Shown in pieces: positions 62,259 to 64,000 of a stretch of 64,000 nucleotides of DNA. The notes beneath the pieces are model-generated. The model was not told where the DNA came from, made no database searches, and saw only the letters and a list, made by a program, of their open reading frames with translations. Position numbers and translations under genes: made by a program. Numbering within the stretch: the first letter of the stretch is position 1; each line of letters begins with the position of its first letter. Source of the stretch: Centroscyllium fabricii (taxonomy: Eukaryota); the NCBI GenBank assembly GCA_051313645.2, contig JBNRSN020000007.1, positions 252,216,001 to 252,280,000 of the forward strand. The letters run 5' to 3'.

Positions 62259-63071
62259 TCATTAAATGAAGTTCAGGTTCCTACTTTGGTGGCCTGTTGA
62301 AATACAATTTCGGCTATTTGCCTCCAAATGGTTTGCGTTCTGAAAACATTTTGCAAATTCACAGCAAATGATTTCTGCTGCTCAGCAAAAGCTTTGTGAA
62401 GAGATTTTTTTTGTCCCACGCCTCACAAAGTAGCTGTCTTGCTTTCGATTTAAATAGCTTGTGGCAGCTTGTTCAATGTGTTTTGCTGACAGGAAAACAT
62501 TGAAAATAGATATTTCTTTCTTTACTGAGTTTCAATTCCAGAGCCGTTTTGGAAGTACTATAAAAGGAGAACCAAGCTTCATGCAAGACAATCAGCCAGC
62601 TGCGTGCTCAGGCAGAAGAACATCTCTTTAGAACTGCCTCTCGGCCACTTTTTCAATATTGTTGAGGACAGTTTATTTTCGAATTGTAAAAGTTATTCCA
62701 CCTGAGGGAAGATTCCTGGTCTTCCACCTGTTTGTACTGAGTGAAAGCAGATGTGAATAAGTTGCAGATCAGATTGAAGAACATATAGCATCTGCACTAC
62801 ATGCAAATAAAAGGTGTAATAAAAGCATCTTTACCATCTCAGAAGCCTGAGGAAATTTAGAATGTCCCCCCAAATACAAAACAACTTTTATAAATGTACT
62901 ATTGAGAGTATCCTGTCGGGGAGCATCACCGCCTGGTATGGTAACAGCATTAAACAAGACCGCAGGGCCCTGCAGAGGGTAGTACGGTCGGCAGAGCGTA
63001 CCACCGGGGGTGCACTCCCTAACCTGCAGGATATCTACACCAGGCGGTGCATGACTAAGGCTAAGAAGCCA

Positions 63072-63205
63072 TGATGTGGAGGCACCGGTGTTGAACTGGA
63101 GTGGACAATTGTAAGAAGTCACACAACACCAGGTTATAGCCCAACAGTTTTATTTGAAATCACAAGCTTTCGGAGCGCTGCTCCTTCACCTGAGGAAGGA
63201 GCAGC
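63072..63205 (-). mobile_element. Penelope pLTR with short inverted remnant
   Basis: Reverse-complement pLTR followed by cacctgaggaaggagcagc. Confidence 0.78.
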
Positions 63206-63552
63206 AGGCTGATACGTGGGATGGCAGGAATGACTTATGGGGAGAGACTGAGTCAATTGGGCTTATACTCACTGGAGTTCAGACGATTGAGAGGGGATCT
63301 CATCGAAACGTATAAAATTCTGTCAGGCCTGGACAGACTGGAGGCAGGAATGATGTTCCCGATGGTCGGGGTGTCCAGAACCAGGGGCCACAGTCTAAGG
63401 ATAAGGGGAAAGCCATTTAGGACTGAGATGAGGGGCAATTTCTTCACCCAGACAGTGGTGAACCTGTGGAATTCTCTGCCACAGAGGGCGGTGGAGGCCG
63501 GTTCATTGAATATATTCAAGGAGTTGGATATATTTCTTCAGGCTGAAGGGAT
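63206..63552 (+). mobile_element. CR1/HER1 3' fragment
   Basis: LYSLEFRRLRGDLIETYKIL, TRGHSL, LWNSLP. Confidence 0.88.
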
Positions 63553-64000
63553 ATTCGGGGGATGGTACGAAGGTGTAACGATAGATTCTTGGAAATTCGG
63601 TTTCAAAGATATGCCGAATGTCAGGAATTGATTAAGAAACAAGTACGAAGTCAAAGAATCAGGTAAGAAATGCACGAATAAGGTGCGACCCACTTACGAA
63701 TGTGCCGAATGATTGTTCGAATCCACTACGACCTCCACGATGAAGTTACGAATACTGAGAATTAGCTACGAATAGTTTACGATATTCGGCATCGTTCTTG
63801 ACATTCGGGCATATTCATGGTGGCCGAAAGGTATAAAAAAACCCTGACCCCCAGGTTGAGCAGGTCATTTGCACAATGGATTTTGAACTGATAGGATGTC
63901 TTGCTCTTGCCATGGAAATAGAGTACCAACATCTACACCAACTGCTGGTAGCTCTGAACAGCAGAAGAAGGGATCCCACAGGAAGACAGAGAAGACGCAA

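Noticed and set aside
3519-64000. Head-to-head neighbour gene (POFUT1 or CHCHD7)
   Set aside because: I found no recognisable exons by eye, although short exons could be missed.

Overview
Eukaryotic, transposon-dense window. The repeat inventory (HE1-type V-SINEs with HER1/CR1 tails, Deu-domain SINEs) points to a cartilaginous fish. The only host coding sequence I can support is the first coding exon of a PLAG-family C2H2 zinc-finger gene on the minus strand (3082-3341, PLAGL2/PLAG1-like). Most of the rest is probably its upstream or 5'-UTR intronic region. Three full-length Ty3/Gypsy LTR retrotransposons are present. A decayed Mag-like element (7859-16998) carries a very young nested element with identical LTRs (9593-14187), and a GC-rich CsRn1-lineage element lies at 49154-53580. 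Also present: a solo LTR, CR1, L2, Rex1/Babar and Penelope fragments, several SINE and MITE families. The most interesting signals are: (1) the young nested element has no tRNA PBS and instead a 12-nt PBS complementary to its own LTR in Tf1-like self-priming geometry, together with a YLDN RT motif; (2) short fold-back Penelope-derived elements carrying minimal hammerhead ribozymes; (3) a 5S-rRNA-derived SINE with a Rex1/Babar-like tail; (4) a Tigger-like MITE family with variable GC-rich cargo. Most short ORFs in the supplied track are spurious or TE fragments. Family names come from my recall of motifs, not from database searches.
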